Shown here piece after piece: positions 12,926 through 26,346 of a stretch of 64,000 nucleotides of DNA. Position 1 is the first letter of the stretch. The number at the start of each line of letters is the position of its first letter. A program made the position numbers and the translations under genes. This stretch comes from Antedon mediterranea (lineage: Eukaryota > Animalia > Echinodermata). A model generated the notes under the pieces. The model ran no database searches. It was not told the DNA's origin and was given only the letters and a program-made list of their open reading frames with translations. Where the stretch lies: contig NC_092673.1 in the NCBI RefSeq assembly GCF_964355755.1, positions 15,534,948 to 15,598,947 of the forward strand, in the 5' to 3' direction.

Positions 12926-15900
12926 CACATTGACGACCCATATAACGGGTTTTTCCCGAACACAGTGTGTGTTGGCCTCCTTTCGTACCTCTCATCAAGA
13001 GAGAGAGAGATACATCTCCCTGCTCTCTGACGCGCGCACCTCAAGAAACTAGTCAATCAGAAATTTGTTCTGCGTATGCTCAGCAACTTATCTACTTTTA
13101 TCTGTGCGCGGTATAGTAGGCCTATTGGTGACTGCTGTGCCAACTTACAAATATTCTCTTTCAGACTGGACTTCTATAACGTATAAATATGGATATTGTA
13201 TACGAAGAAATGGGACTCAATTTAGTGGCAGAAACAACATTTAGTATGGAATTAAGGGTGTTGCCCGGGCCACTAAGGCAACACCCCTGGGTCCGCCCCT
13301 GCGCTAGATGCTTGAAAATTAGTGTTATTGAAAATATCAGGATGTTTGGTATAAAATATGCCTGATACTGTACACCGCACCGCGGCACCATACCAAACTG
13401 TTGCTGTTCGACATGTCTGTGCCCTACACACACCTGGCATGTTTCAGTCCATCACGTCTCCTTGTGTTTTCGAGAAAATAATGACCCCCAACCCCCACCC
13501 GGGGGTGGGGGCTGCAGGATACAGTCCAACAGTATAAAACAAGAAATAAGGCCATGGCCTAACTTAGCTGGGAGTCATTGAACAACTAGGTCTACTTGAC
13601 CTGGCTGGGCTAGCTAAAGTAGGTAGGGGATAGCCTAGCTAGGCCTAAAAAATCGGACAGAAAATGTGGAGTTATTTACATGTATTTGACTAATACAGTA
13701 CAAATATAAAAAAATATAGCAAAATATTGATAATAAAATACAATCATTTTAAAGTTAATATTGTGCCTTAAAAAAGGTTATTTGATTGTCAATTGGCTGT
13801 GTTTACAAAGTGCTGCCACACACGCTATGGCTATACCTACGGTGGGCCACAACTGTCACGCACACTATAAAACACAGAAATCACACAAATAAAGAAGAAA
13901 TCACACAAATAAAGAAGAAATCACACAAATAAAGAAGAAATCGCACAATTAAAGAAGGAATCGCACAATTAAAGAAGGAATCGCACAATTAAAAAAGGAA
14001 TCACACAATTAAAGAAGGAATCACACAATTAAAGAAGGAATTACACAATTAAAGAAGGAATCGCACAATTTAAGAAGGAATCACACAATTAAAGAAGGAA
14101 TTACAAAATTAAAGAAGGAATCGCACAATTAAAGAAGGAATCACACAATTAACGAAGGAATTACACAATTAAAGAAGAAATCACAAAATTAAAGAAGGAA
14201 TCACACAATTAAAGAAGGAATTACACATTTAAAGAAGGAATCGCACAATTAAAGAAGGAATCACACAATTAAAGAAGGAATCACACAATTAAAGAAGGAA
14301 TCACACAATTAAAGAAGGAATCACACAATTAAAGAAGAAATCGCACAATTAAAGAAGAAATCACACAATTAAAGAAGGAATCGCACAATTAAAGAAGAAA
14401 TCGCACAATTAAGGAAGGAATCGCAGAATTAAAGAAGGAATCACACAATTAAAGAAGAAATCGCACAATTAAAGAAGAAATCGCACAATTAAAGAAGGAA
14501 TCACACAATTAAAGAAGAAATTACACAATTAAAGAAGGAATCACACAATTAAAGAAGAAATCACACAATTAAAGAAGGAATCGCACAATTAAAGAAGGAA
14601 TCACACAATTAAAGAAGGAATCACACAATTAAAGAAGGAATCGCACAATTAAAGAAGGAATCGCACAATTAAAGAAGGAATCACACAATTAAAGAATGAA
14701 TTACACAATTAAAGAAGGAATCGCACAATTAAAAAAGGAATTACACAATTAAAGAAGAAATCGCACGATTAAAGAAGGAATCACACAATTAAAGAATGAA
14801 TCGCACAATTAAAGAAGGAATTACACAATTAAAGAAGAAATCGCACAATTAAAGAAGGAATCACACAATTAAAGAATGAATCGCACAATTAAAGAAGGAA
14901 TCACACAATTAAAGAAGGAATCGCACAATTAAAGAAGGAATTACACAATTAAAGAAGGAATCACACAATTAAAGAAGGAATCACACAACTAAAGAAGAAA
15001 TCACACAATTAAAGAAGGAATCGCACAATTAAAGAAGGAATCGCACAATTAAAGAAGGAATTGCACAATTAAAGAAGGAATCACACAATTAAAGAAGGAA
15101 TCACACAATTAAAGAAGGAATGACACAATTAAAGAAGAAATCGCACAATTAAAGAAGGAATTACACAATTAAAGAAGGAATCACACAATTAAAGAAGGAA
15201 TTACACAATTAAAGAAGGAATCACACAATTAAAGAAGGAATAACACAATTAAAGAAGAAATCCCACAATTAAAGAAGAAATCACACAATTAAAGAAGGAA
15301 TCACACAATTAAAGAAGGAATCACACAATTAAAGAAGGAATTACACAATTAAAGAAGGAATCACACAATTAAAGAAGGAATTACACAATTAAAGAAGGAA
15401 TCGCACAATTAAAGAAGAAATCGCACAATTAAAGAAGGAATCGCACAATTAAAGAAGGAATCACACAATTAAAGAAGGAATCACACAATTAAAGAAGGAA
15501 TCGCACAATTAAGAAGGAATTACACAATTAAAGAAGGAATTACACAATTAAAGAAGGAATCGCACAATTAAAGAAGGAATTACACAATTAAAGAAGAAAT
15601 CGCACAATTAAAGAAGGAATCACACAATTAAAGAAGGAATCACACAATTAAAGAATGAATCGCACAATTAAAGAAGGAATCACACAATTAAAGAAGGAAT
15701 TACACAATTAAAAAAGGAATCGCACAATTAAAGAAGGAATTACACAATTAAAGAAGAAATCGCACAATTAAAGAAGGAATCACACAATTAAAAAATGAAT
15801 CGCACAATTAAAGAAGGAGTCACACAATTAAAGAAGGAATCGCACAATAAAAGAAGGAATTACACAATTAAAGAAGGAATCACACAATTAAAGAAGAAAT

Positions 15901-18900
15901 CGCACAATTAAAGAAGAAATCACACAATTAAAAAAGGAATCGCACAATTAAAGAAGGAATTACACAATTAAAGAAGGAATCACACAATTAAAGAAGGAAT
16001 CACACAATTAAAGAAGGAATCACACAATTAAAGAAGGAATTACACAATTAAAGAAGGAATTACACAATTAAAGAAGGAATTACACAATTAAAGAAGGAAT
16101 CGCACAATTAAAGAAGGAATTACACAATTAAAGAAGAAATCGCACAATTAAAGAAGGAATCACACAATTAAAGAAGGAATCGCACAATTAAAGAAGGAAT
16201 TACACAATTAAAGAAAGAATCACACAATTAAAGAAGGAATCACACAATTAAAGAAGGAATCACACAATTAAAGAAGGAATCGCACAATTAAAGAAGGAAT
16301 CGCACAATTAAAGAAGGAATCACACAATTAAAGAAGGAATCACACAATTAAAGAAGGAATCACACAATTAAAGAAGGAATCACACAATTAAAGAAGGAAT
16401 CATACAATTAAAGAAGGAATCGCACAATTAAAGAAGGAATCATACAATTAAAGAAGGAATCGCACAATTAAAGAAGGAATTACACAAATAAAGAAGGAAT
16501 TACACAATTAAAGAAGGAATCACACAATTAAAGAAGAAATCGCACAATTAAAGAAGAAATCGCACAATTAAAGAAGGAATCACACAATTAAAGAAGAAAT
16601 TACACAATTAAAGAAGGAATCACACAATTAAAGAAGAAATCACACAATTAAAGAAGGAATCGCACAATTAAAGAAGGAATCACACAATTAAAGAAGGAAT
16701 CACACAATTAAAGAAGGAATCGCACAATTAAAGAAGGAATCGCACAATTAAAGAAGGAATCACACAATTAAAGAATGAATTACACAATTAAAGAAGGAAT
16801 CGCACAATTAAAAAAGGAATTACACAATTAAAGAAGAAATCGCACGATTAAAGAAGGAATCACACAATTAAAGAATGAATCGCACAATTAAAGAAGGAAT
16901 TACACAATTAAAGAAGAAATCGCACAATTAAAGAAGGAATCACACAATTAAAGAATGAATCGCACAATTAAAGAAGGAATCACACAATTAAAGAAGGAAT
17001 CGCACAATTAAAGAAGGAATTACACAATTAAAGAAGGAATCACACAATTAAAGAAGGAATCACACAACTAAAGAAGAAATCACACAATTAAAGAAGGAAT
17101 CGCACAATTAAAGAAGGAATCGCACAATTAAAGAAGGAATTGCACAATTAAAGAAGGAATCACACAATTAAAGAAGGAATCACACAATTAAAGAAGGAAT
17201 GACACAATTAAAGAAGAAATCGCACAATTAAAGAAGGAATTACACAATTAAAGAAGGAATCACACAATTAAAGAAGGAATTACACAATTAAAGAAGGAAT
17301 CACACAATTAAAGAAGGAATAACACAATTAAAGAAGAAATCCCACAATTAAAGAAGAAATCACACAATTAAAGAAGGAATCACACAATTAAAGAAGGAAT
17401 CACACAATTAAAGAAGGAATTACACAATTAAAGAAGGAATCACACAATTAAAGAAGGAATTACACAATTAAAGAAGGAATCGCACAATTAAAGAAGAAAT
17501 CGCACAATTAAAGAAGGAATCGCACAATTAAAGAAGGAATCACACAATTAAAGAAGGAATCACACAATTAAAGAAGGAATCGCACAATTAAGAAGGAATT
17601 ACACAATTAAAGAAGGAATTACACAATTAAAGAAGGAATCGCACAATTAAAGAAGGAATTACACAATTAAAGAAGAAATCGCACAATTAAAGAAGGAATC
17701 ACACAATTAAAGAAGGAATCACACAATTAAAGAATGAATCGCACAATTAAAGAAGGAATCACACAATTAAAGAAGGAATTACACAATTAAAAAAGGAATC
17801 GCACAATTAAAGAAGGAATTACACAATTAAAGAAGAAATCGCACAATTAAAGAAGGAATCACACAATTAAAAAATGAATCGCACAATTAAAGAAGGAGTC
17901 ACACAATTAAAGAAGGAATCGCACAATAAAAGAAGGAATTACACAATTAAAGAAGGAATCACACAATTAAAGAAGAAATCGCACAATTAAAGAAGAAATC
18001 ACACAATTAAAAAAGGAATCGCACAATTAAAGAAGGAATTACACAATTAAAGAAGGAATCACACAATTAAAGAAGGAATCACACAATTAAAGAAGGAATC
18101 ACACAATTAAAGAAGGAATTACACAATTAAAGAAGGAATTACACAATTAAAGAAGGAATTACACAATTAAAGAAGGAATCGCACAATTAAAGAAGGAATT
18201 ACACAATTAAAGAAGAAATCGCACAATTAAAGAAGGAATCACACAATTAAAGAAGGAATCGCACAATTAAAGAAGGAATTACACAATTAAAGAAAGAATC
18301 ACACAATTAAAGAAGGAATCACACAATTAAAGAAGGAATCACACAATTAAAGAAGGAATCGCACAATTAAAGAAGGAATCGCACAATTAAAGAAGGAATC
18401 ACACAATTAAAGAAGGAATCACACAATTAAAGAAGGAATCACACAATTAAAGAAGGAATCACACAATTAAAGAAGGAATCATACAATTAAAGAAGGAATC
18501 GCACAATTAAAGAAGGAATCATACAATTAAAGAAGGAATCGCACAATTAAAGAAGGAATTACACAAATAAAGAAGGAATTACACAATTAAAGAAGGAATC
18601 ACACAATTAAAGAAGGAATTACACAATTAAAGAAGAAATCACAAAATTAAAGAAGGAATTACACAATTAAAGAAGAAATCACAAAATTAAAGAAGGAATC
18701 ACACAATTAAAGAAGGAATTACACAATTAAAGAAGGAATCGCACAATTAAAGAAGGAATCACACAATTAAAGAAGGAATCACACAATTAAAGAAGGAATC
18801 ACACAATTAAAGAAGGAATCGCACAATTAAAGAAGGAATCACACAATTAAAGAAGGAATTACACAAATAAAGAAGAAATCACAAAATTAAAGAAGGAATT

Positions 18901-21900
18901 ACACAATTAAAGAAGAAATCACAAAATTAAAGAAGGAATCACACAATTAAAGAAGGAATTACACAATTAAAGAAGGAATCGCACAATTAAAGAAGGAATC
19001 ACACAATTAAAGAAGGAATCACACAATTAAAGAAGGAATCACACAATTAAAGAAGAAATCGCACAATTAAAGAAGAAATCACACAATTAAAGAAGGAATT
19101 GCACAATTAAAAAAGAAATCGCACAATTAAAGAAGGAATCGCACAATTAAAAAAGGAATCACACAATTAAAGAAGAAATCGCACAATTAAAGAAGGAATC
19201 GCACAATTAAAGAAGGAATCACACAATTAAAGAAGGAATCACACAATTAAAGAAGGAATCACACAATTAAAGAAGAAATCACACAATTAAAGAAGGAATC
19301 GCACAAATCGCACAATTAAAGAAGGAATCACACAATTAAAGAAGGAATCACACAATTAAAGAAGGAATTACACAATTAAAGAAGGAATCACACAATTAAA
19401 GAAGGAATTACACAATTAAAGAAGGAATCACACAATTAAAGAAGTAATCACACAATTAAAGAAGGAATTACACAATTAAAGAAGGAATCACACAATTAAA
19501 GAAGGAATCACACAATTAAAGAAGGAATCACACAATTAAAGAAGGAATTACACAATTAAAGAAGGAATTACACAATTAAAGAAGGAATTACACAATTAAA
19601 GAAGGAATCGCACAATTAAAGAAGGAATTACACAATTAAAGAAGAAATCGCACAATTAAAGAAGGAATCACACAATTAAAGAAGGAATCGCACAATTAAA
19701 GAAGGAATTACACAATTAAAGAAGGAATCACACAATTAAAGAAGGAATCACACAATTAAAGAAGGAATCACACAATTAAAGAAGGAATCGCACAATTAAA
19801 GAAGGAATCGCACAATTAAAGAAGGAATCACACAATTAAAGAAGGAATCACACAATTAAAGAAGGAATCACACAATTAAAGAAGGAATCACACAATTAAA
19901 GAAGGAATCACACAATTAAAGAAGGAATCACACAATTAAAGAAGGAATCATACAATTAAAGAAGGAATCGCACAATTAAAGAAGGAATTACACAATTAAA
20001 GAAGGAATTACACAATTAAAGAAGGAATCACACAATTAAAGAAGGAATTACACAATTAAAGAAGAAATCACAAAATTAAAGAAGGAATTACACAATTAAA
20101 GAAGAAATCACAAAATTAAAGAAGGAATCACACAATTAAAGAAGGAATTACACAATTAAAGAAGGAATCGCACAATTAAAGAAGGAATCACACAATTAAA
20201 GAAGGAATCACACAATTAAAGAAGGAATCACACAATTAAAGAAGGAATCGCACAATTAAAGAAGGAATCGCACAATTAAAGAAGGAATCACACAATTAAA
20301 GAAGGAATCACACAATTAAAGAAGGAATCACACAATTAAAGAAGGAATCACACAATTAAAGAAGGAATCGCACAATTAAAGAAGGAATCATACAATTAAA
20401 GAAGGAATCGCACAATTAAAGAAGGAATTACACAATTAAAGAAGGAATTACACAATTAAAGAAGGAATCACACAATTAAAGAAGGAATTACACAATTAAA
20501 GAAGAAATCACAAAATTAAAGAAGGAATTACACAATTAAAGAAGAAATCACAAAATTAAAGAAGGAATCACACAATTAAAGAAGGAATTACACAATTAAA
20601 GAAGGAATCGCACAATTAAAGAAGGAATCACACAATTAAAGAAGGAATCACACAATTAAAGAAGGAATCACACAATTAAAGAAGAAATCGCACAATTAAA
20701 GAAGAAATCACACAATTAAAGAAGGAATTGCACAATTTAAAAAGAAATCGCACAATTAAAGAAGGAATCGCACAATTAAAGAAGGAATCACACAATTAAA
20801 GAAGGAATTACACAATTAAAGAAGGAATCGCACAATTAAAGAAGGAATCACACAATTAAAGAAGGAATCACACAATTAAAGAAGGAATCACACAATTAAA
20901 GAAGGAATCGCACAATTAAAGAAGGAATCGCACAATTAAAGAAGGAATCACACAATTAAAGAAGGAATCACACAATTAAAGAAGGAATCACACAATTAAA
21001 GAAGGAATCACACAATTAAAGAAGGAATCGCACAATTAAAGAAGGAATCACACAATTAAAGAAGGAATCGCACAATTAAAGAAGGAATCACACAATTAAA
21101 GAATGAATTACACAATTAAAGAAGGAATCGCACAATTAAAAAAGGAATTACACAATTAAAGAAGAAATCGCACGATTAAAGAAGGAATCACACAATTAAA
21201 GAATGAATCGCACAATTAAAGAAGGAATTACACAATTAAAGAAGAAATCGCACAATTAAAGAAGAAATCACACAATTAAAGAAGGAATTGCACAATTAAA
21301 AAAGAAATCGCACAATTAAAGAAGGAATCGCACAATTAAAGAAGGAATCGCACAATTAAAGAAGAAATCGCACAATTAAAGAAGGAATCGCACAATTAAA
21401 GAAGGAATCACACAATTAAAGAAGGAATCACACAATTAAAGAAGGAATCACACAATTAAAGAAGAAATCACACAATTAAAGAAGGAATCGCACAATTAAA
21501 GAAGAAATCGCACAATTAAAGAAGGAATCACACAATTAAAGAAGGAATCACACAATTAAAGAAGGAATTACACAATTAAAGAAGGAATCACACAATTAAA
21601 GAAGGAATTACACAATTAAAGAAGGAATCACACAATTAAAGAAGTAATCACACAATTAAAGAAGGAATTACACAATTAAAGAAGGAATCACACAATTAAA
21701 GAAAGAATCACACAATTAAAGAAGGAATCACACAATTAAAGAAGGAATTACACAATTAAAGAAGGAATCACACAATTAAAGAAGGAATTACACAATTAAA
21801 GAAGGAATCGCACATTTAAAGAAGGAATCGCACAATTAAAGAAGGAATCACACAATTAAAGAAGGAATCACACAATTAAAGAAGGAATCACACAATTAAA

Positions 21901-23468
21901 GAAGGAATTACACAATTAAAGAAGGAATCGCACAATTAAAGAAGGAATCGCACAATTAAAGAAGGAATCACACAATTAAAGAAGGAATCACACAATTAAA
22001 GAAGGAATCACACAATTAAAGAAGGAATCGCTCAATTAAAGAAGGAATCACACAATTAAAGAAGGAATCGCACAATTAAAGAAGAAATCGCACAATTAAA
22101 GAAGGAATTACACAAAGAAAGAAGGAATTACACAATTAAAGAAGGAATCACACAATTAAAGAAGGAATCACACAATTAAAGAAGGAATCGCACAATTAAA
22201 GAAGGAATCGCACAATTAAAGAAGGAATCACACAATTAAAGAAGGAATTACACAATTAAAGAAGGAATCGCACAATTAAAGAAGGAATTACACAATTAAA
22301 GAAGAAATCGCACGATTAAAGAAGGAATCACACAATTAAAGAATGAATCGCACAATTAAAGAAGGAATTACACAATTAAAGAAGAAATCGCACAATTAAA
22401 GAAGGAATCACACAATTAAAGAATGAATCGCACAATTAAAGAAGGAATCACACAATTAAAGAAGGAATCGCACAATTAAAGAAGGAATCGCACAATTAAA
22501 GAAGGAATCGCACAATTAAAGAAGAAATCGCACAATTAAAGAAGGAATCACACAATTAAAGAAGGAATCGCACAATTAAAGAAGGAATCGCACAATTAAA
22601 GAAGGAATCGCACAATTAAAGAAGGAATCACACAATTAAAGAAGGAATCGCACAATTAAAGAAGGAATCACACAATTAAAGAAGGAATTACACAATTAAA
22701 GAAGGAATCGCACAATCAAAGAAGGAATTACACAATTAAAGAAGAAATCACAAAATTAAAGAAGGAATTACACAATTAAAAAATAAATCACAAAATTAAA
22801 GAAGGAATCACACAATTAAAGAAGGAATTACACAATTAAAGAAGGAATCGCACAATTAAAGAAGGAATCACACAATTAAAGAAGGAATCACACAATTAAA
22901 GAAGGAATCACACAATTAAAGAAGGAATCGCACAATTAAAGAAGGAATCGCACAATTAAAGAAGGAATCACACAATTAAAAAAGGAATCACACAATTAAA
23001 GAAGGAATCACACAATTAAAGAAGGAATCACACAATTAAAGAAGGAATCGCACAATTAAAGAAGGAATCATACAATTAAAGAAGGAATCGCACAATTAAA
23101 GAAGGAATTACACAATTAAAGAAGGAATTACACAATTAAAGAAGGAATCACACAATTAAAGAAGGAATTACACAATTAAAGAAGAAATCTCAAAATTAAA
23201 GAAGGAATTACACAATTAAAGAAGAAATCACAAAATTAAAGAAGGAATCACACAATTAAAGAAGGAATTACACAATTAAAGAAGGAATCGCACAATTAAA
23301 GAAGGAATCACACAATTAAAGAAGGAATCACACAATTAAAGAAGGAATCACACAATTAAAGAAGGAATTACACAATTAAAGAAGGAATCGCACAATTAAA
23401 GAAGGAATCGCACAATTAAAGAAGGAATCACACAATTAAAGAAGGAATCACACAATTAAAGAAGGAAT

Positions 23469-26346
23469 TTCATTTTCATTTTCATTTCTTTATTCGACAA
23501 CAAGCGGTCCAGGGATTGCGACAGCAACAGAGCGCCATAACACATTTGTGTCCGCAATCCCTGTAACATACAACTTAATACAAGTTAAAAATGAATATAA
23601 AATATACAGAATATATAAAAAATTGAATTAATTTGTATTACTGTGGTACACAATTTAAAATACACCTATACAATTAAAATAAATTTAGCGTTGATCAAGC
23701 AGATATTTTTTCAATTTCGACAGGAAATTTTTCAAAGGAAGAGTAACTGCTTGATCTTTGATTATGGAGGGTAGTGATGACCATATAACAGGAAAATTGT
23801 TGATAGACGAATATTTTAAAGTATCGGTACGTGCAAAAGGGTGGACAAATGTGAGTAATTCAGGATGGCGTTGATTGATATGGATATTGTTATTTACAGT
23901 ACTACAAAAAGTTACATTATAAAAACAACGAAATATAAAGGAAATTAAAATCATTAAACGTCTATCACGTAAGGATAACCAACCCAAAGTTATTAAACGT
24001 TCGTCGTATGATATAGGTCCGCAGTGGGGTCCCAGAATACGTCTAGAGGCCCGTCGCTGAACCTGTTCGAGGCGTTTTATGTGTCCTCCATTTCTGGGGC
24101 CCCACGCCGGCAAACCATACTCTAGAATAGGTAGCACCAAAGTTTTGTACAGACACGAAATCGCGTCTGGAGAACAATTTCCGGCTACAGAAAAAATAAA
24201 GCCTAACATTCGATTAGCTTTAGATATTAGATTATCGATTTGAACATTCCAATTCAGTTTAGAATCGATATGTACTCCTAAATGTTTATGGCTATCAACC
24301 ACCGCAATTGTCTCACCATTAAGAAAGTACAACGGCTTAACAAAGTTACGCTTTCTGGTGATATGCATTAATTTAGTTTTGTTGACATTGAATTTCATTT
24401 GATTCTTATCAGCCCAATTAGATAAAATATTTATATCATTTTGCAAATTAACAATATCGTTGGCATTTTGTCTGTGTCTATATAGTATTATATCATCTGC
24501 AAAAAGAAAACATTCAGAAGAAACATTATGATTAACATCGTTCACAAACATATTAAATAAAATTGGACCAAGACAACTGCCCTGAGGTATACCCGATGTG
24601 ACTGGAAGTACGGAAGAAGTAGCCCCCCTGAAACAAACTTTCTGATTCCTGTCAGTCAAGTATGAAGATATCCATTTCCAGATATTACCTTGAATATTAA
24701 AATTTACAGCAATTTTTGTTAATAAGATGTCGAAGGGCATTTTATCAAATGCTTTGCTCATGTCTAAAAACAGAGTATCAATAATTGCTGGCTCACGTTT
24801 GTCAAGAATTTTTGACCAGTGATAGGTAACATTATTGAGTTGAGTTACGCAAGATTTATGTTTGACAAAACCATGTTGATTAGGGTTAAGTAAACCGTTG
24901 TCATACGTAAAGTTATTAATGTTATTTACGATAATCTTCTCTAAAATTTTACACACCAATGAGGAAAGGGCCACTGGTCTATAATTAGTTATCGCTGCCT
25001 TATCGCCAGATTTATGAACTGGAATAGTATTTACACATTTCCAATCATTGGGCACAGTACCAGTATTAAGGGAAGTACGATACAGCAACCAAAGGGGATA
25101 GGCAATTGAATGCGATATCGGCTTGAGTAATTTGACTGATATTAAGTCTGGTCCAGGAGCGGAATTAGACCGAAATGTAGATATGGTGTTAATTATATCA
25201 TTCGGACTAAATGAAATATCAGCAAGTACAGGGATTTTAAGAGAACAGGGGGGAGGTTCGTTAAAATTAAAATGAACGTTAACATCATTAAAAATAGAAG
25301 TAAAATAACGATTAAAACCGTTTACAATGTCTTCAATGTTGGAGTAATGAGAGTTATTCGTTGGATTAATAAATTTACTGGGTAAAGAAGATGAACGTTT
25401 GTCTTTCACAAACGCAAAAAAACGTTTTTTATTGTCAGCGGATCTAAATAAATTGTTTACATAATCCTTATATGATTTCCTGATGGCATAGTGAACTTTG
25501 TTTCGCCATTTCTTGTGAGCATCCCAGTGTTCTTGTATGCCAGAGCGTCTAGATTTTTTAAAAAGTTTCTTTTTCTTCTGAATCATACGTTTAATATCCT
25601 TAGTTATCCATGGACTGCTCTGTTTACGTGCTCTGCTTTTGACCCTCGGGAAACTATCGCGAACTGCGGCATCAATAATGTCCATGAAGCCACTCCATGA
25701 AGCGTTTACGTCATTTTCGTTAAGGAACATACTCCAAGGTGCCAAATGCAAGAGATTATTTAGATGATGGAAGTCACCGCTGTTCCACTTAATAAATGAG
25801 CGTATTGTGGATGTAGTTGGTAAATAGAGACGACAATCGATATCAAATTCAATTGCATGGTGGTCGCTCTCGACTGGATTGTCAACGACGCTTATATTTC
25901 TTACTGAGGATCCCGTGTTTGAGAACACGAGATCTATCTGTGAGCCATCATTAGCGTTTGTGGAAGGTCGGGTATTTTGGTTTACTAATTGATCGAAACC
26001 ATACATGTTTAACACGTCGATGAATTTATGTGGTGCATTTGGCCAATTGATATTAAAGTCGCCCAAAACGACAACCGATTCATATTTATGGAATGAATGT
26101 TCTTGGCTAGCTAGTGCAAATTCAAATTGATCCCAATAAGAAACAGTTGAGTCTGGGGGTCTGTACACAAGGCATAACAGATGCGATTTGTTGTGACATG
26201 TGATAGAGACCCATAACATTTCAATGTTCAGTTCAGATGCAATAACCTTTGATTGCAATGTGCTGTTTATACCAATCAGTAAACCTCCGCCACGGGTAAC
26301 AGATTCGCGATCGCGACGAAAAATGTCAAATTTATTAGAAAAATGT
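23469..26346 (-). mobile_element. Young 5'-truncated CR1/L2-group LINE inserted in the satellite
   Basis: Uninterrupted ORF, 3' UTR inverted repeat (23510-23563), (GAAAAT)n tail at 23469-23488, and AAT duplicated at 23466-23468 / 26347-26349. Confidence 0.95.
23685..26345 (-). CDS. LINE ORF2: AP endonuclease (N-terminally truncated) + reverse transcriptase
   Basis: The 857-aa track ORF stays open upstream to the junction (...DIFRRDRESVTRGGGLLIG...). Endonuclease motifs VYRPP, LGDFN, IDLVFSN, SDH; RT motifs NYRPVALSS, LDMSKAFD, GIPQGSCLGPILF, FADD, KHLGV. Confidence 0.93.
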   Translation of the reverse strand, partial: HFSNKFDIFRRDRESVTRGGGLLIGINSTLQSKVIASELNIEMLWVSITCHNKSHLLCLVYRPPDSTVSYWDQFEFALASQEHSFHKYESVVVLGDFNINWPNAPHKFIDVLNMYGFDQLVNQNTRPSTNANDGSQIDLVFSNTGSSVRNISVVDNPVESDHHAIEFDIDCRLYLPTTSTIRSFIKWNSGDFHHLNNLLHLAPWSMFLNENDVNASWSGFMDIIDAAVRDSFPRVKSRARKQSSPWITKDIKRMIQKKKKLFKKSRRSGIQEHWDAHKKWRNKVHYAIRKSYKDYVNNLFRSADNKKRFFAFVKDKRSSSLPSKFINPTNNSHYSNIEDIVNGFNRYFTSIFNDVNVHFNFNEPPPCSLKIPVLADISFSPNDIINTISTFRSNSAPGPDLISVKLLKPISHSIAYPLWLLYRTSLNTGTVPNDWKCVNTIPVHKSGDKAAITNYRPVALSSLVCKILEKIIVNNINNFTYDNGLLNPNQHGFVKHKSCVTQLNNVTYHWSKILDKREPAIIDTLFLDMSKAFDKMPFDILLTKIAVNFNIQGNIWKWISSYLTDRNQKVCFRGATSSVLPVTSGIPQGSCLGPILFNMFVNDVNHNVSSECFLFADDIILYRHRQNANDIVNLQNDINILSNWADKNQMKFNVNKTKLMHITRKRNFVKPLYFLNGETIAVVDSHKHLGVHIDSKLNWNVQIDNLISKANRMLGFIFSVAGNCSPDAISCLYKTLVLPILEYGLPAWGPRNGGHIKRLEQVQRRASRRILGPHCGPISYDERLITLGWLSLRDRRLMILISFIFRCFYNVTFCSTVNNNIHINQRHPELLTFVHPFARTDTLKYSSINNFPVIWSSLPSIIKDQAVTLPLKNFLSKLKKYLLDQR

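Noticed and set aside
11477-13301. hAT-like ends (CAAGCCCGTAGCCAGG ... GGGTCCGCCCCTG) as one element
   Set aside because: The ends do not match each other well and no TSD is seen.
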